Origin: Crocosphaera subtropica ATCC 51142 | GTDB taxonomy: Bacteria; Cyanobacteriota; Cyanobacteriia; Cyanobacteriales; Microcystaceae | Reading direction: 5' to 3' | DNA length: 32,000 nt | Assembly: GCF_000017845.1 (NCBI RefSeq) | Contig: NC_010547.1 | Coordinates: 120,001-152,000, forward strand | Part shown: piece after piece, positions 9,282 through 18,282 of the stretch | Layout: every line of letters starts with the position of its first letter | Numbering within the stretch: position 1 is the stretch's first letter | Translations under genes and position numbers: made by a program | The notes under the pieces: model-generated | Database searches by the model: none | What the model was told of the DNA's origin: nothing | The model's input: only the letters and a program-made list of their open reading frames with translations

Positions 9282-9445
9282 GCGATCGCTCATGAATAGA
9301 AATAAACCCAACTTAATAATACTTAAGTTCGAGTTAGTATTATTAATCGTATTTGTTGCAGTAATTAAGGAAAATTGAAACGCTTGAGCAGACAAGATGC
9401 CTTGACCAAAGTATGATTATGATAACCCCCTTGATCTGATTAAGT
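9282..9445 (+). repeat. dispersed repeat, copy B
   Basis: Direct copy of 6669-6858. It begins with a HIP1 octamer and ends 13 nt before the ATG at 9459. Confidence 0.75.
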
Positions 9446-9458
9446 CAGAGGATTAAAA

Positions 9459-9686
9459 ATGAAAGTTAACAGTTATTTTGAAGGGACTTATCCTAACATT
9501 ACACTTTGGTTAACTCATGGTTGGATCGAAATAGGACAAGATGAATTTAGTGAGTCCTTTATTAGAGTGCTAGATCCAGGGGGAATGTTATGGGAAGGAA
9601 AAACAAGTTATAAAAGTTTAGATGAAGCTTTTAATGATTTAGAGGCAAATTTAAAAGATATTATCGAAGATATAGGACTTGAGTAG
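9459..9686 (+). CDS. small hypothetical protein
   Basis: ATG start, 75 aa acidic product. No family recognised. Confidence 0.5.
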   Translation: MKVNSYFEGTYPNITLWLTHGWIEIGQDEFSESFIRVLDPGGMLWEGKTSYKSLDEAFNDLEANLKDIIEDIGLE

Positions 9687-9933
9687 CTTAAAAATCCAAA
9701 GATTTAGCTTCTAGACTATGTTGGACTATGGAATTTTCAAGAACCAAAAAGTCTCCAAAGGATGAACTCGTAGAGAATAGCAAGGATCGCTAAATTTCCT
9801 AAAATTAGAATAGCAATAACCCAAGAAGTTGATCTGCCTATTATTTGATTCTTCTCGTACATATTCTTTAACCCTTATTAAAACCTTTTTTAATTTTGTA
9901 TTCAATTATACAGTTATCAAGGATTTTTTGTGA

Positions 9934-10143
9934 CTAGGCTTGTTGTACTATTTCTCGGATGAGCAATGTTCTCGAACCAATGTAGCTTCTCATTAAGAGC
10001 ATTTCTTGCTGAGAGAGGGTTTGTTTGTTTTGTAGTTGAGTCATTAACTGTCCCACTAGGTCTGAATCGCTGAGATGAGCAAGAGCTTCGTGGGACGTTT
10101 GGGAGATTAAAGACCAGAGTTGTCGGATCGTTGAAGCGTTCAT
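9934..10143 (-). CDS. small hypothetical protein
   Basis: Open frame to GTG 10179. ATG 10143 (MNASTIRQLW...) is preferred. Confidence 0.4.
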   Translation of the reverse strand: MNASTIRQLWSLISQTSHEALAHLSDSDLVGQLMTQLQNKQTLSQQEMLLMRSYIGSRTLLIREIVQQA

Positions 10144-10293
10144 AGAGCCTTCTTCTTCTTTTCCTTGTGCTATCTGCACTACAATTCTAAAGAGAATCTA
10201 AAGAAAATCTAAAGATTTTTCTTTTTTCTTAAAGAATCTTTATGCAGACTCTTGCTTCAAGATGAAGGAAAGATTTTTGGCGATCGCTGATCA

Positions 10294-10602
10294 ATGGCCA
10301 ATGATTATGTACCCCCGAAACCCCCCGAAGAAACAACAAGGAAATGTGTGCTGATTCCTCTGAGTCTTGTCAAAGATTTTATATCATCGTGGCGCGATGA
10401 TGATTCTCCGCCGGACGGTGGTGGTGGTCAACCTGTTTCACCACCTGATCCTATTTCACCGACGGGGGGTGATTGTGTTACCACGTCTGATGATGATTCA
10501 GTTACCAGTTACCCGGCTGTTGATGGTAACTTATCGGAAAAAGGTAACTTTGAAAACAGCGATTATACAATGGTTTCAGACGACGACTCTAATCCTAGTT
10601 AG
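10294..10602 (+). CDS. acidic Pro/Asp-rich hypothetical protein
   Basis: ATG start. Three DDDS-containing segments (RDDDSPPD, SDDDSVTS, SDDDSNPS). Low complexity, so coding status is uncertain. Confidence 0.3.
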   Translation: MANDYVPPKPPEETTRKCVLIPLSLVKDFISSWRDDDSPPDGGGGQPVSPPDPISPTGGDCVTTSDDDSVTSYPAVDGNLSEKGNFENSDYTMVSDDDSNPS

Positions 10603-10688
10603 GGGTTAATTGAATACTTTTAAAAACGTTTTCTTCTTAGAAAAAGATTTTTTATTGTGATGTTTGTTCTGTTTAGTCACTAATAATA

Positions 10689-11174
10689 TTAGTGTATTTT
10701 CTGTGCCATAATATTCTGAGCAACTTGATAGTCCTCATTAACTAAATAGGAAAAATGGTAATAGTTAGCCACATAGAAATCAGTCCCAAATTGAGAGTAG
10801 CGGTCAGCTAAAGCTAGAAAACCGTACCTTGCTCCCCATGAATCTGAAAACCATTCCTGGTGAAAAGAATCATGGATTAGTAGGGTTAAAGTCCTTTCAT
10901 CAGAGCTTGGTATAAGACGAATTAATTGGATGTGAGGATGATGAGTTCTAGGAACTGGTAATAAAACATTAAATCCATTAAAATTAAGGAGATCAGCTAA
11001 ATCATCTTCAGTCTTTTCAAACACAGAAGAATTCTGCTCTGGGATAGTAAGAAAGTGTTGCCAAGTCATCCAGAATTCATGTTTACTATCAAAGCCTGGA
11101 TCAATGTCTAATCGACACCGTTGTTCAGAGCAAAGGTCTTGGATCACTTCTGTGGGTAAGTCAGCTAGTTTCAT
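10689..11174 (-). CDS. hypothetical protein
   Basis: ATG start, 161 aa, non-repetitive composition. No family recognised. Confidence 0.55.
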   Translation of the reverse strand: MKLADLPTEVIQDLCSEQRCRLDIDPGFDSKHEFWMTWQHFLTIPEQNSSVFEKTEDDLADLLNFNGFNVLLPVPRTHHPHIQLIRLIPSSDERTLTLLIHDSFHQEWFSDSWGARYGFLALADRYSQFGTDFYVANYYHFSYLVNEDYQVAQNIMAQKIH

Positions 11175-11279
11175 GGATAAAACATCAATAGGAGAAAGCT
11201 ATGGAGGTGGCGGTGGTTCATCTGAGTTCCACTTGAATGTTGGTAAGGCGATATGGCAACTACGAAAATATAAAAAAGC

Positions 11280-12089
11280 CTATGACTTAGCTATAGAACG
11301 TTGTAGAAGCCACTGACTGAGGCCAGGGATAAAACGATAGAAATTTGTGGTGATCGCCCCAGTTCCCACCACGACTTCGGCTTGGGGATGGTCAATCACA
11401 TGAAAAATCGCTTTAGCCACATCTTCAGGTTGACTCGCTAAAGGACTTTTGAGCATTTCTTCGATGGAGGAGCGCATCTGTTCAGAGGACTTCTCTTGTT
11501 GCCCACGAAAAACAGCCCTTTCGAGAAAATCGCTGTTAGTGACACTCGGATGGACTCCACACACATGAATTCCCTTTGGTTCCAATTCCAAGCGTAGGGT
11601 TTCTGTTAATCCAGTCACTGCATACTTACTGGTACAGTAGGCGGTCATATTTGGCAAAGGCATTTTGCCCCCAAATGAGCCAACATTGACAATGGTTCCG
11701 CAATGGCGCGAGAGGAAGTGAGGTAGCAGAGCGTGGATAGGATAAATATAGCCCCATAAGTTAACATTGAGAATCTTGTGCCAATCTTCAAGACTTGTTT
11801 GGGTCATTGGTGCTGTCATACAGATGCCTGCATTATTAATCAAGATATCAACTTGATAGTAGGTATCGAGGGCTTTTTCGACTAAGTTATTGACCTGTTT
11901 GACATCAGTGACATCAGTGGGAACTGCCAGAACCTGACCCCCAAGTTCTCTGATTTGCTGTGCTACAGCCTCCAGACGGTCATTTGTGCGAGCAGCCAGT
12001 ACAAGATTATAGCCTTTTTCTGCTAATAAAATAGCAGTGGCTTGACCAATTCCTGCTGAAGCACCAGTAATTACTGCGGTGGGAGTCAT
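11280..12089 (-). CDS. classical SDR oxidoreductase
   Basis: TGASAGIG, NNAG and YCTSK motifs. 269 aa. Confidence 0.85.
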   Translation of the reverse strand: MTPTAVITGASAGIGQATAILLAEKGYNLVLAARTNDRLEAVAQQIRELGGQVLAVPTDVTDVKQVNNLVEKALDTYYQVDILINNAGICMTAPMTQTSLEDWHKILNVNLWGYIYPIHALLPHFLSRHCGTIVNVGSFGGKMPLPNMTAYCTSKYAVTGLTETLRLELEPKGIHVCGVHPSVTNSDFLERAVFRGQQEKSSEQMRSSIEEMLKSPLASQPEDVAKAIFHVIDHPQAEVVVGTGAITTNFYRFIPGLSQWLLQRSIAKS

Positions 12090-12214
12090 GTTTATTATTC
12101 TTGAAAATCAATAACAATTTTGTTCTGTCAATACTATCTTAACAAATATTTATATTGTAGAAAATTTTTAGTTGTCAAGGGATAGTTAATAGTCAATAAG
12201 TTTAGTCCTTGTTG

Positions 12215-13144
12215 CTATATAAAAAGAGAATTCCAACTGTTTCCTTTGAAACCATAATTAAACAAAGATGGATGTAAAATTTCAGCTAATATTTCTGTAG
12301 AATCCACTAATCTATGACTGGGACGATTGAAATAAGCATTACCATCAACAATAAAAACTTGACCATTTTTGACAGCTTTCAAGTTTTTCCACTCTGAATG
12401 GTTACTCAATATTTGTGCTTCAAGTTGAGTGCGCTTTAAGTCGAAACCACAGGGCATAATCACAATCACGTCGGGATTAGCTGAGCTCAAATTGTCCCAA
12501 GTTAAATAGGGGGAATGTTCTCCTTTGACTCCTAAGAGTAGTTGCCCTCCAGCGATCTCTACGAGTTCAGGAATCCAGTTACCCCCACCCATTAATGGCT
12601 CAATCCATTCTAGAGCAACTACTGTAGGTTTAGGGTCGACATTCTCAATTTTTGTCGTAATTTCAAAAATTCGTTGTTTTAATCCTGTTAAAACTGATTG
12701 AGGGTCAATGCCAAAAGTTTTAGCGACTCGTTCAATGTCTGCGAAGACTTCTTCTAAGAGGTTTGGTTGTAATGAAATAACTTGGGGTTTAGAGTCAGTT
12801 AACTGAGAGATCGCTGCAGTTACAGTAGCAAAGTTCACAGCACAAACATCACATTGATCCTGAGTAACGATATGAGTGGGTTGAAGTTTTTGAAGGGTTG
12901 GAAGATCAATATTATAAATACTCAGAGCTTGTTGTAGTAGGGTTTGAACATCTTGATCTATTTGACCACTACTACGGGTACTATCGAGTCGGGCGGTGGT
13001 ACAAACGGGTAGATTACGAACGACAGAAGGATAATCGCATTCGTGAGAGCGTCCCACAAGATAATCCGTTAAACCCAAACAGTCAACGATCTCCGTAGCT
13101 GAAGGAAGCAGAGAAACAATTTTAAAAGAAACTTGAGTAGTCAT
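12215..13144 (-). CDS. BtuF/FhuD-like (cluster 8) cobalamin/Fe-siderophore-type substrate-binding protein
   Basis: KIVSLLPSATEIV near the N-terminus and the DVIVIMPCG block are typical of Peripla_BP_2 proteins. No signal peptide. Confidence 0.7.
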   Translation of the reverse strand: MTTQVSFKIVSLLPSATEIVDCLGLTDYLVGRSHECDYPSVVRNLPVCTTARLDSTRSSGQIDQDVQTLLQQALSIYNIDLPTLQKLQPTHIVTQDQCDVCAVNFATVTAAISQLTDSKPQVISLQPNLLEEVFADIERVAKTFGIDPQSVLTGLKQRIFEITTKIENVDPKPTVVALEWIEPLMGGGNWIPELVEIAGGQLLLGVKGEHSPYLTWDNLSSANPDVIVIMPCGFDLKRTQLEAQILSNHSEWKNLKAVKNGQVFIVDGNAYFNRPSHRLVDSTEILAEILHPSLFNYGFKGNSWNSLFI

Positions 13145-13174
13145 GGATTAAAGCCGAGAGTTTTCTCTCTATTT

Positions 13175-14044
13175 TTATGAACGATCAGTGTCGGGTAGTT
13201 GATTTTTTAAAACCAGTACACCAGCAAAAACAATCAAGATAGCCCCTAAATAAAATTTGGGTTCTAATAGCTCTTGCCAAAACAACCAACCTAAAAATGT
13301 ACCAAAGGGGACGGAAGTGTAAGTAAAAATTCCCACACTAGATGCGGGAGCGTTTTGATAACCGCGAGTTAATAGTAGTTGACCAATAGTGGTGGTCAAT
13401 CCGACTCCTAATAACAGAATACATTGTCCCAAAGTCGGGGTTTGCCAAGTCCAAGTTAGGGGAACGGCAGAAATGCTAAGACCCACAATAGCAAAATAAG
13501 CAACAATTCGTAATGGTGGTTCGGTAGAAGAAAGTTGACGAACCGTGACAAAAGCTAAAGCGGCCATCAAACTACTACCCAAAGCGACTAAACTTGCCCA
13601 GTTAGTGTTGTTGCCATCTGGTTTTAAAATTAGAAAAACGCCGAAAAATCCTAATAAACCTGCCACAATTATGCGCCTAGAAAGGTTTTCTTTGAGCCAA
13701 GCTAAGGCGATAAAAGGGATGATCAGGGGAATAGTTGATTTGATGAGCATTGAATCAGCTAAGGGAAGATGAGCTAAAGAGTAAAAAAAGCAATACATGG
13801 CTCCCATGCCAATTCCTGAACGAAAGAGATGTAGATGTATGCGGTTTGTTTGTAAGATTTTATGGCCGGCGTTAAATAATAAAGGAATTAGAACAAATAA
13901 TCCAAACAAATTCCGAAAAAACACAATAGATTCATTAGGTAATGAATCTGATACCAACTTAATCAGGGCTGCACTCAGAGCAAAACTTAATTCAGCAGTA
14001 ATAATAAAAAAGGCTCCACGTTGAATACTCTGAGGATTAGTCAT
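13175..14044 (-). CDS. EamA/DMT-family transporter
   Basis: About 10 hydrophobic segments arranged as two EamA-like halves. 289 aa. Confidence 0.8.
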   Translation of the reverse strand: MTNPQSIQRGAFFIITAELSFALSAALIKLVSDSLPNESIVFFRNLFGLFVLIPLLFNAGHKILQTNRIHLHLFRSGIGMGAMYCFFYSLAHLPLADSMLIKSTIPLIIPFIALAWLKENLSRRIIVAGLLGFFGVFLILKPDGNNTNWASLVALGSSLMAALAFVTVRQLSSTEPPLRIVAYFAIVGLSISAVPLTWTWQTPTLGQCILLLGVGLTTTIGQLLLTRGYQNAPASSVGIFTYTSVPFGTFLGWLFWQELLEPKFYLGAILIVFAGVLVLKNQLPDTDRS

Positions 14045-14409
14045 ACAAACAAATAGGGTTTTAGCTTAAGCTCGTTACTTATTTTACTGATGAATTTTGG
14101 TAACTGAGATTGAGTCTGAGAATTTATCTGTGGTTTCTGGTAAATGACCATTATAAAAACAATGATATAGTTGTTACAAATTTCTTAAAATTGGAAATAA
14201 AGTCGAAGACATTTGAGGAAGTTATCCGATTCATAATTTGATTAATAGTAAATTATTTCTAGGTTAACAAAAAATAAATTAACTTAAGCAAAGTTTTTTC
14301 ACGATTTATAACAAAAGCTAACATCTCTAACAGTAAAAATAACATTGGTTGTGGACTATATGAAGTAAGTTATTTAACTTTTGGTTAGTTTAAGATTGAG
14401 GAGGAGACG

Positions 14410-14601
14410 ATGTTATTAATTTATTATTGGAACTTAGTAAGACTAAAACATCCTAATATTCAAATAAGATTGTACCAATTTGAGATAAATAATGGGACAA
14501 ATTCATCAAAAATGGGAGAAGCTAATTGGGTGAGTTGTTGTCTCCAAGACAAAAACAGAGAAATACGTCTTTGTGACCCCTGTTGTTCTCAATTTGATTA
14601 A
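14410..14601 (+). CDS. possible small Cys-rich protein
   Basis: Strong GAGGAGGAG Shine-Dalgarno sequence 4-5 nt before ATG 14410. 63 aa with five Cys near the C-terminus (VSCC...LCDPCC). It lies in a very AT-rich spacer, so it could be a chance ORF. Confidence 0.25.
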   Translation: MLLIYYWNLVRLKHPNIQIRLYQFEINNGTNSSKMGEANWVSCCLQDKNREIRLCDPCCSQFD

Positions 14602-14618
14602 ACCGATGGCTTATTACT

Positions 14619-15566
14619 TTATTGAGAGATTTCAGACTTAAGAGCTTGAGTACGATGGAAAAAAGATAAATCGATATAACGATGACCATCAGGAGTATGA
14701 TAAATAACATCTTGAAATTGATGATTCCAAAGAATATCTCGAAAACCATAGGTAGAACGAGCATACATGGTTTGGGCAATGGATTCATCAATACCAGACA
14801 AGGAAGTTAAGAGCATCGCTTTCTTTTTTTCTAAAGTGTCGAGATTGACCCCAAACAAGGGGCTTTTTTCATCAATCGGGTGCATAACTGTCCAAGTCAT
14901 CGCTAAAGTAGGATTATGATCTCTAACTAATTTCAATTCATAAACCCGACGAAAAAAATCTCCTTCTTTACTCACTTCATCCCACATCAGATATAAACGC
15001 ATTTTGGCTTCAAGAATATAATTTTTGCGTTGATTAGAGACTCTAAGCATTAGAGTAGGAATATTATCATAAGGAAGAACCACCACCACATTAGAAAACA
15101 AAATCTTAGCATTAGATTGAGAAAAACGAGCGAAGGCTAATCCCGTAATCAGAGTAATGCCTAAAATGCTGACTAAAGCTTCTATTGTCACAAGAATATT
15201 GGTGTAGAGAGTTGTTGGGTACATATTCCCGTAACCAATAGTAGAAAAGGTATGAATACTAAAAAAGAAGGCATCACGAAAAGAACCCTCAACAGCATTT
15301 TCTATGCCATCTATCCCGAAAAAGTAGGCTAAAGCAAAGCTTCCATTGAGAAAAAAATAAAAAACAGCCATTAGGATAATAAAATATTTCCAAGGAATAT
15401 TTAAGAGCAAATGATAAGGCTCTCGCCAGTGATGATACCAAGCTCCTAAACCTTCAAAATTAAATTTATGGTCGTTAAACTTAATCCAAAATTTGTTAGA
15501 AGAATGAAGGGAAGGCGTATTTTGACGAGAAGACTTTGATTTATGAAAACGGATAGGGGGAAGCAT
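14619..15566 (-). CDS. prokaryotic inward-rectifier K+ channel (KirBac family)
   Basis: Slide helix and TM1, pore helix with selectivity filter TIGYGN, TM2, and a long cytoplasmic beta-rich C-terminal domain. 315 aa. Confidence 0.85.
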   Translation of the reverse strand: MLPPIRFHKSKSSRQNTPSLHSSNKFWIKFNDHKFNFEGLGAWYHHWREPYHLLLNIPWKYFIILMAVFYFFLNGSFALAYFFGIDGIENAVEGSFRDAFFFSIHTFSTIGYGNMYPTTLYTNILVTIEALVSILGITLITGLAFARFSQSNAKILFSNVVVVLPYDNIPTLMLRVSNQRKNYILEAKMRLYLMWDEVSKEGDFFRRVYELKLVRDHNPTLAMTWTVMHPIDEKSPLFGVNLDTLEKKKAMLLTSLSGIDESIAQTMYARSTYGFRDILWNHQFQDVIYHTPDGHRYIDLSFFHRTQALKSEISQ

Positions 15567-15696
15567 GGGTATAACCTGTAAATAGTGAATTAATCTAAAA
15601 TTTCAAAAGGATTTATCGAGAGATTATTTTTAGAATATATTAGCTTGATTGTATTTTTTTGTCTTGTTCAACAAAGAAAATAACTAGAGAGTCTGA

Positions 15697-16383
15697 GTAC
15701 GACCAAATATTGTTGGTTGTACTGAAAAAGGGATCATAAGATATCGTATTTATGACCGATATCGGCGTAAAGTCGCTAGTTTCATTGTTTTAGGCGATGA
15801 TAGTCCAACTTGGCGACCCTCTGAGTTTGGCTATGAATTACTGGGAACTACCATCAACATTAGGTATCCTGTGGTCAAATTGCTAGACAGAGAACAAGAG
15901 TGGGATGCTCTAGAAGAGAATACGAACCCCTTTGCCACTGTTGTTATGGCTCACCTCAAAGCGATTCAAACACGCTTGGACAGGGGAGAAAGGTTACGGT
16001 GGAAATTGTCCCTGACAAGGCGACTTTACCAACAAGGCTATCAGAGACAGGATATCATTAATTTATTTGCGTTCATTGATTGGGTGATGACTCTGCCGAA
16101 GAACTTAAAAACCCAATTTTGGACAGAAATACGTCAATTCGAGGAAGAACAGCAAATGCCTTATATTACTAGCGTTGAAAGACTTGGTATGCAACGAGAA
16201 TCTGCTAACTTAGTATTACGCCTTCTCCATCGCCGTCTCGGACAAATCTCTGAGTCCGTTTCCGAGCAAATCCGTCAACTCCCCGTTGAGCAGATCGAAG
16301 ACTTAGGAGAAGCTTTGCTTGACTTTGAAAATGAGGCGGATTTGCTCAATTGGTTAGAAAATGATCTCTCGACTAAACATTAA
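15697..16383 (+). pseudogene. 5'-truncated Rpn/YhgA-like PD-(D/E)XK transposase-like gene with a DUF4351 C-terminus
   Basis: The frame is open from 15697 with no start codon. The sequence RIYDRYRRKVASFIVLGDDSPTWRPSEFGYE...VVKLLD and the C-terminal LGEALLDFENEADLLNWL are typical of the middle and end of this cyanobacterial family. The N-terminal nuclease core is missing. Confidence 0.6.
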
Positions 16384-16388
16384 AGATT

Positions 16389-16574
16389 CTATTCAACAAG
16401 GCATTTCCTTGCTGCGTTTTCGGCTGCTTTTTCTGTGTAGTAAATCTCGGTTGTTCCGAGGATTTTGCCCTCATTAGTAACAACTCGAAATTGATAAGCT
16501 CTCCTGTCTGTATAAAAAACCAAGATTAGGTGTTCAGGACAACCCATTAACGAGGATACGCGAAAAGACGACAT
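16389..16574 (-). CDS. YegP-like (DUF1508) single-domain protein
   Basis: YQFRVVTNEGKILGTTEIYYTEKAAENAARKC fits the YegP repeat pattern (aromatic-x-FR...NGE.I..SE.Y.sK.aaEN). Confidence 0.5.
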   Translation of the reverse strand: MSSFRVSSLMGCPEHLILVFYTDRRAYQFRVVTNEGKILGTTEIYYTEKAAENAARKCLVE

Positions 16575-16609
16575 AACAGAACCTCAATGGAGACCACAAT
16601 CTTATTTTC

Positions 16610-17635
16610 TCATAAGAATTGATGTAATTCATTGTTAGAATCCTCACACGGAACCTCCACGTCTTTCAATGCAGGTTGCTCTGACTTTTTCTCTGGCTTT
16701 TCTGCTTTTTTCTGTGATAGTTTCTCAGAGTTATTCTCCACTCCTTTCTCATTCGTTTTCCCAGGAACATCTTTGCGAGGTTTCTTATACCAAGGAATCT
16801 CTTGTGTTGGTGGTTCCAAATCCTCAGAGAAACCAAAACTATCCCGTGAAGGAAGAAACTTAAATAGTCCTTGAATAAACCACCGAGGGGACAAGTCTTC
16901 CTTAGCTATTTTAGGATTAAACCGAAACGGTGCAGAGTCATCGTCTCTCCTCATCAATACAGGAATGTGCGCGGCCTTAAACTTCCCTTTGGGGTCTTGA
17001 GCATTATAGTTCCGGTAGATAGAAATAACTGGTGTCCGAACTTGGGGAACAAACTGCCAGATGCCCTTAAGCCTAAACTGCCCTGGTTGTTCAACCCAAG
17101 GATTTTCTGTTTCCCATGCAGCCACCTGGAAATAGACCTTTGGTGGTTTACGGGGAATCATCAAACATTTAGGATAGACACGAAAGAATAGGGTTTGGTC
17201 GGGGTTAGCCTCTGCTTGTTTTAACCAAGCTTGATAACGATAACCAGCGAAGTAGAGTCCGTACCGTTTCCCACCTAACCGAATGAAAAAGTTACCCTCA
17301 TCGTCTTGCTGTGCCTTTCCTTGTAGAGTACCGATCCCGCAGGGATCTCGCTAAAGCGAGTGCGCCTGGAAAATGGGCTTATCCGTTGCAGCTTCGTCAG
17401 AGTTAACCTCTGTCGCTTCCCCGTCATCTTCTAGTTCAGAAGTGGGTGGGGGATCGCCTTGACTTTCAACGGATATCGGTGCTGTTTCAGATGGGGGGGC
17501 TGTTGTATCCTTTTTCTGCTTAGGGGCGGTGGTTTTAGTCTCTTCTACTGTTTCTTCCGCCGCCACTGACGCTTTGGTTTCTTCGGTAGTGACTGATTTC
17601 TTTTTGAGGCTACGGATTTGGGGTTTAGGGGACAT
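16610..17635 (-). pseudogene. 341-codon ORF interrupted by one in-frame TAG (track ORFs 17351..17635 and 16610..17164 plus a 62-codon start-less linker)
   Basis: The stop at 17351-17353 is in frame with 62 further stop-free codons that contain no ATG, GTG or TTG. These run straight into the 184-aa ORF. No family recognised. Confidence 0.6.
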
Positions 17636-17763
17636 TTCGTAATATTAATTAATAGTTACTTTGGGGTAAAATACTGATATTATGGAGGCATTAAATAGTT
17701 AACATTAGCTATAATTTAATAACTATTCTCTAATTATTTTAACCCAAAACTTAATAACAATCA

Positions 17764-18066
17764 ATGTCTTCATCACGATACCCTAATAACTGGAAAGAAC
17801 TCAGTTTAGAGCTTAAGAAGAAAGCAAATTGGACTTGTCAGAAATGCAATCGAAAATGTATCGAACCTGGACAAGTAATTCCTAAAGATTGGACAGTTTC
17901 TAAACGAATGGCTTATACTTTACAGACTCATCATTGGGACCGAGATCCCAGTAATTCCTCTCTTGATAATTTAATCTGCGTTTGTACCGGTTGTCATCTT
18001 GATTTGCATCGGGGTTACAAAGGGAATCTGAGCAATGTTTCTGAAGGTCAGTTATCATTATTTTAG
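17764..18066 (+). CDS. small HNH endonuclease
   Basis: CQKC...HHWDRDPSN...NL..VCTGCH.DLH matches the HNH/zinc-finger arrangement. 100 aa. Confidence 0.75.
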   Translation: MSSSRYPNNWKELSLELKKKANWTCQKCNRKCIEPGQVIPKDWTVSKRMAYTLQTHHWDRDPSNSSLDNLICVCTGCHLDLHRGYKGNLSNVSEGQLSLF

Positions 18067-18282
18067 CTATCGAAATAATGGCAATATCAGGAACTCTATG
18101 TGAGTTTTTCTGTGGTCACAAATTCACTTCTCATTGATAGAAATAGCACTAGCAACTTTAAGAACATCTAAAGCAGTTAATCCGCATTTTTTAGCTAAAC
18201 CTTGGGCTAGTTTATACGTCGCCTTTTTTTCTATATTAAGATAGTTATACAGCAACTACTATCTAATTATAAGTTAGCAACA

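Noticed and set aside
6669-9445. Considered whether the two repeats are integron attC sites separating gene cassettes
   Set aside because: There is no GTTRRRY/RYYYAAC core pair and no internal imperfect palindrome. Only two copies exist, and the sole tyrosine recombinase is 19 kb away and not obviously IntI-like.
10367-10609. 80-aa alternative-frame ORF inside the DDDS-repeat ORF
   Set aside because: Same strand and different frame of a low-complexity region, with no independent support.
14045-14400. Looked for a cobalamin riboswitch (B12 box) upstream of the EamA/BtuF-like operon, and for a TPP riboswitch near the DUF77/YkoF-like gene (2323-2460)
   Set aside because: Both spacers are extremely AT-rich. 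They have none of the GC-rich conserved cores (no GCCACTG-like B12 box, no CTGAGA...ACCTGA TPP core).
18124-18255. 43-codon TTG-initiated minus-strand ORF (…[34 protein letters not shown]) between the HNH gene and selO
   Set aside because: No ATG, no recognisable family, and below a meaningful length. Possibly a gene fragment.
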